Source: Nanopusillaceae archaeon
GTDB lineage: Archaea; Nanobdellota; Nanobdellia; Nanobdellales; Nanobdellaceae
Direction of reading: 5' to 3'
DNA: 8,204 nucleotides
NCBI GenBank assembly: GCA_038833255.1
Contig: JAWBIX010000015.1
Span: 1 to 8,204, forward strand
Every line of letters begins with the position of its first letter. Position 1 is the first letter of the stretch. The notes under the pieces were generated by a model. That model was not told the origin of the DNA. It ran no database searches and saw only the letters and a list, made by a program, of their open reading frames with translations. Positions 5,294-8,204 of the stretch are shown here, piece after piece. The position numbers and the translations under genes are program-made.

Positions 5294-6805
5294 TTGGTAA
5301 AAAAATATATAGAATCTTTCAGAGATAGGGGATTAGATGAAAGCAAAGTTTATATAGCAATAGAATTAAATAAAAAGAGAAAAGAATTGCAAAAAATTTT
5401 AGATGAAAAAAGAGCCATAAAGAATAAGCTCAGCAAAATATACGGTATTTTACAAGCATTTAAACATAATAAGATAGACAAAGAAAGTTTAGAAAAAGAA
5501 CTAAATAAATTTGGATTAAAATATAAAGAGGATATAGAAAAAGAAATAACAAAAAAAATAGAAGAAATAGACAAAGAAATAGAGAATGTAGAAAAAGAAT
5601 ATAATAAAGTATTAGATGAGTTTATTAGACTTACATGGACCTTTCCAAACATATTACATCCTGATGTTCCTAAAGGAGATGATAAATACAACAAACCACT
5701 ATATTACTGGGGAGTTGTAAGAGTTATAGATGAAAATGCTTTTCAAAAAGAAGTTAGTCAGGATGGAAAATATAACTGGAAAATAATAGAATTAAGCAAT
5801 ATACCAGAAAAATACATAAAAGATAAAGAAAAACTAAGAGAATTATATAAAATTTTGAAAGGAGAAGAAGATTTTTACTATATTAATTATGATGATGTAT
5901 TAGATTTCGATTTATTAAATAAAGATAGATTGGTACCATATGTTAAAATAGATTGGGAACCTTTACATCACTATGATTTAATTGACAAGTTTAAATTAGC
6001 AGAAACTTCTAAAGCTTCTGAAGTTTCCGGATCTAGATTTTATTTTGAATTTGATATTTTTGCTTTATTAGATTTAGCATTGAGTTTGGAAGGATTAAAA
6101 TTTTTAGAAAAAAGAGGATATAAAATTACTATTACTCCATATTTATTAAGAAAACATGTCTTAGATGGTATAATTACATTAGATGATTATGAAGATATGA
6201 TGTATAAAATAGAAAATGAGGATCTTTATTTAATAGGAACTGCAGAACATTCTATAACTGCCCTTTATTATGATAGTATTATCGAAGAAAAAGATTTACC
6301 AATAAAAATGGCTGGATGGAGTGCTTGCTTTAGAAAAGAAGCTGGTGCTCATGGTAAAGATACAAAAGGTCTTTTTAGAGTTCATCAATTTCATAAAGTA
6401 GAGCAGTATATATTTTGCAAACCCGAAGATTCTGAAAGATATCATGAAGAGTTAATTCAAAATCAGATGGATTTCTTTAAATTATTAAATATACCTCATA
6501 GAAAAATATTAATAGCTTCAAAAGATATGGGAAAAAGAAATTATAAACAATATGATGTTGAAGGATGGTTCCCCGGACAACAAAAATATAGAGAATTAGG
6601 CTCTGGTTCTAATGTTACAGATTGGCAAGCTAGAAGATGCAATATAAGATATAGAACTAAAAATAACGAACTAGAGTTTGTTCATACTTTAAATTGTACT
6701 TTAGTAGCTGTTCAAAGAACATTATTATGTTTATTAGAAAATAATTATGACAGAAAAAATATTAAATTATTTATACCGGAAATTCTAACTAAGTATTTTA
6801 AATAA
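5294..6805 (+). CDS. serS: Seryl-tRNA synthetase (class II, standard type) with an enlarged insertion before the catalytic core; 5' boundary uncertain
   Basis: 503 aa from TTG 5294. The N-terminal coiled-coil tRNA-binding arm is Lys/Glu-rich. Conserved blocks: WTFPNILHPDVPKGDD, SGSRFYF, LYLIGTAEHS, CFRKEAGAHGKDTKGLFRVHQFHKVEQ (motif 2), GSGSNVTDWQARRCNIRYR, and HTLNCTLVAVQRTLLCLLENN (motif 3). No ATG, GTG or TTG lies in frame between the upstream stop (5204) and TTG 5294; see finding. Confidence 0.92.
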   Translation: MVKKYIESFRDRGLDESKVYIAIELNKKRKELQKILDEKRAIKNKLSKIYGILQAFKHNKIDKESLEKELNKFGLKYKEDIEKEITKKIEEIDKEIENVEKEYNKVLDEFIRLTWTFPNILHPDVPKGDDKYNKPLYYWGVVRVIDENAFQKEVSQDGKYNWKIIELSNIPEKYIKDKEKLRELYKILKGEEDFYYINYDDVLDFDLLNKDRLVPYVKIDWEPLHHYDLIDKFKLAETSKASEVSGSRFYFEFDIFALLDLALSLEGLKFLEKRGYKITITPYLLRKHVLDGIITLDDYEDMMYKIENEDLYLIGTAEHSITALYYDSIIEEKDLPIKMAGWSACFRKEAGAHGKDTKGLFRVHQFHKVEQYIFCKPEDSERYHEELIQNQMDFFKLLNIPHRKILIASKDMGKRNYKQYDVEGWFPGQQKYRELGSGSNVTDWQARRCNIRYRTKNNELEFVHTLNCTLVAVQRTLLCLLENNYDRKNIKLFIPEILTKYFK

Positions 6806-6835
6806 TTTTAAATTTTTTATATATGCTTATTTTTT

Positions 6836-7216
6836 ATGAGTGAAGTAGATATAAATAAGGTAATTGAAGATATTGTCTCTCTTGCTAAACAAGGATATAA
6901 AAAGTCGGATATTGGTAGAGTTTTAAAGGAAAAGTATAAAAAGGATGTAAAATCTTTGACAGGAAAATCTTTATCTAAAATTTTAGAGGAAAATGGATTT
7001 AAAGAAGATGTTCCTGAGGATTTGCTAAATATATTTAGAAAAATAAACAAAATGTTAAGACATTTAGAGATTCACAAAAAAGATCTACATACAAAGAAAA
7101 AATTAGAAGAATATGAAAAATCTGTTCAATGCTTAATAAAATATTATAAGAAAAATAAAAAACTTCCAGAGAATTTCAAATATTCTAGAGAAATAGTTAA
7201 AATGTATTCGGCATGA
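6836..7216 (+). CDS. rps15: Ribosomal protein uS15 (archaeal S15P / eukaryotic S13e type), N-terminally short
   Basis: 126 aa. Matches the archaeal/eukaryotic uS15 core: LAKQGYKKSDIGRVLKEKY (compare LAK.G...S.IG..LRD.YG), LTGKSLSKILEENGF..DVPEDLLNIFRK, LRHLEIHKKDLHTKKKL (compare KHLE.H.KD.HS.RGL), and IKYYKKNKKLPENFKY (compare VKYYK....LP..WKY). Confidence 0.85.
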   Translation: MSEVDINKVIEDIVSLAKQGYKKSDIGRVLKEKYKKDVKSLTGKSLSKILEENGFKEDVPEDLLNIFRKINKMLRHLEIHKKDLHTKKKLEEYEKSVQCLIKYYKKNKKLPENFKYSREIVKMYSA

Positions 7217-8204
7217 TACAAAGATTTTTATCATTTTTAGAAGAAGTTTCTGATAAAATAAAAGAAGAAATAGATAAAGAATCTAGATTTTTAATTTTAT
7301 CTTCAAATAATGCAGATGCTTTAGCTTCTTCTATATTATTAATTAATTTTTTTTACAAAAATAATGTAGAAGCTCATTTTAGATTTGTAAATGTAATTGA
7401 CTTCGATTTTTTAGATTTATTATTTGGAAGCAGTGAAAAAGCCTATGATCAAGATGTAGTTCTTTTTTTAGATTTTGGATCTAAAATTTTGGGAAAAATT
7501 TCAGACAATGCTAAAGCTACAAAGAAAAAATTTTTTATTTTTGATCACCATCATCTAACTTCTAGAGTAATAAAATCTGAAAATCTTTATCAAATAAATC
7601 CCAACATTTTTGGTCTTAACGGAAAAAAAGAGATTTCAACCTCGACAATGCTTTATTATTTATTAAAAAATCTAGGATATAACTTTAGAGGAGAGGAAAT
7701 ATTATGTTTAGCAGGCCCTATATCTGAAAAACAGGATATAAAAGAACTATCTGGATTGAATAAAGAATTACTAAATGAATTAGTAAATAACGATCTTATA
7801 GAAGTTAAAAAAGGTATAAAACTGACTGGAATTAAAAATAAACCTCTTTATAAAGCATTAAGTTCTTCAACTGAAATTTTTATTCCGAATATATCTGGGA
7901 GTGATGAAAAAGCAATTGAATTTTTAAAAAAGATATTTCCGGATAAAAAACCAGAGAAGATAAACTATTTTGATCTAAATCAAGAAGAAGAGAAAAAATT
8001 AATAAATGAAATTATAAAAATAAGGGTTTTAAATAATATAATGTTAAATGAAGAGATTTTAGGAGAATTATATATTTTAAAAAATGAAAAAGATATCGGA
8101 GATTTAAAAGAACTTTCTTTAATATTAAATGCTGCAATATCTCTTAGAGAACAGGCAACTATTATTAAATATTTTATTGAAAAGGATAATTTTGATAATG
8201 TACG
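7213..8204 (+). CDS. recJ: DHH-family phosphoesterase, archaeal RecJ/Cdc45-like (GAN-type), partial (C-terminus beyond the right edge)
   Basis: Absent from the ORF track because it has no in-window stop. Hand translation from ATG 7213 is open for 330 codons to the window end: MIQRFLSFLEEVSDKIKEEIDKESRFLILSSNNADALASSILLINFF...VVLFLDFGS...KKFFIFDHHHL...INPNIFGLNGKKEISTSTMLYYLLKNLG...ILCLAGPISEKQD... It contains the DHH motif (FDHHH), the motif II Asp (LDFG) and the G-x-x-G-x-x-E-I-S-x-S block typical of archaeal RecJ. The ATG overlaps the rps15 stop (gcATGAta). From memory, rps15-recJ adjacency is conserved in Thermococcales. Confidence 0.75.
   Translation, partial: MIQRFLSFLEEVSDKIKEEIDKESRFLILSSNNADALASSILLINFFYKNNVEAHFRFVNVIDFDFLDLLFGSSEKAYDQDVVLFLDFGSKILGKISDNAKATKKKFFIFDHHHLTSRVIKSENLYQINPNIFGLNGKKEISTSTMLYYLLKNLGYNFRGEEILCLAGPISEKQDIKELSGLNKELLNELVNNDLIEVKKGIKLTGIKNKPLYKALSSSTEIFIPNISGSDEKAIEFLKKIFPDKKPEKINYFDLNQEEEKKLINEIIKIRVLNNIMLNEEILGELYILKNEKDIGDLKELSLILNAAISLREQATIIKYFIEKDNFDNV

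Noticed and set aside
5350-5694. 114-aa minus-strand ORF
   Set aside because: It is antisense to the Lys/Glu-rich coiled-coil arm of serS (AAA/GAA codons read as TTT/TTC). The poly-Ser/Phe/Leu product has no motif.
5889-6021. C-box-like ATGATGA (5889-5895) with a downstream CTGA (6018-6021), checked as a possible C/D-box sRNA
   Set aside because: Both lie inside the serS coding sequence (ATGATGA falls within the TAT GAT GAT codons for YDD). They are ~130 nt apart, far more than the ~50-60 nt of archaeal C/D sRNAs. No C'/D' pair or terminal stem is evident.
6816-6823. TTTATATA TATA-like element between serS and rps15
   Set aside because: It is centred only ~16 nt upstream of the rps15 ATG. 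Normal archaeal spacing would put the transcription start downstream of that ATG, and no alternative in-frame start follows. Read-through from the serS promoter is more likely. Oligo-T and TATA-like strings are abundant here by composition.
6817-7050. 77-aa minus-strand ORF
   Set aside because: It is antisense to rps15, which has clear family motifs, so this is a shadow ORF.
1-8204. Screen for CRISPR repeats, IS/transposase or integrase genes, long direct or inverted repeats, and known defence-system genes
   Set aside because: No regularly spaced repeats were seen by eye. Every long ORF has a housekeeping assignment except the NTase-HEPN-like gene, which is reported as a finding. Short A/T-rich recurrences are compositional. 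A rigorous repeat search by self dot-plot was not possible here.

Overview
This is a very AT-rich, gene-dense archaeal chromosome segment (roughly three quarters or more A+T by eye, not counted). It holds almost only information-processing housekeeping genes in two divergent, tightly packed gene arrays that leave a ~125-nt promoter region at 5169-5293. The minus-strand array runs right to left: ribosomal protein eS26, PheRS beta, PheRS alpha, a nucleotidyltransferase fused to a HEPN-like domain, the Bud32 kinase of KEOPS, and a partial ICMT/PEMT-like membrane protein. The plus-strand array is seryl-tRNA synthetase, ribosomal protein uS15, and a partial DHH-family RecJ/Cdc45-like protein. The two edge-truncated CDSs (1-352 minus, 7213-8204 plus) are missing from the supplied ORF track because they have no in-window stop; I translated both by hand and they are open throughout. 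Gene content, overlaps, tiny spacers and shortened ribosomal proteins suggest a reduced DPANN/Nanoarchaeota-like genome, which is inference only. I see no rRNA, tRNA, CRISPR array, transposon, integrase or recognisable defence island, so this is not an obvious accessory region. The points most worth a second look are: (1) the fused MNT-HEPN-like protein wedged between pheS and bud32, with its G6-containing 32-nt overlap; (2) an unresolved serS start, where a predicted leaderless ATG is out of frame; (3) large lineage-specific insertions in SerRS and Bud32, set against N-terminal truncations in uS15 and eS26. All family assignments rest on motif recognition from memory. No searches were run.
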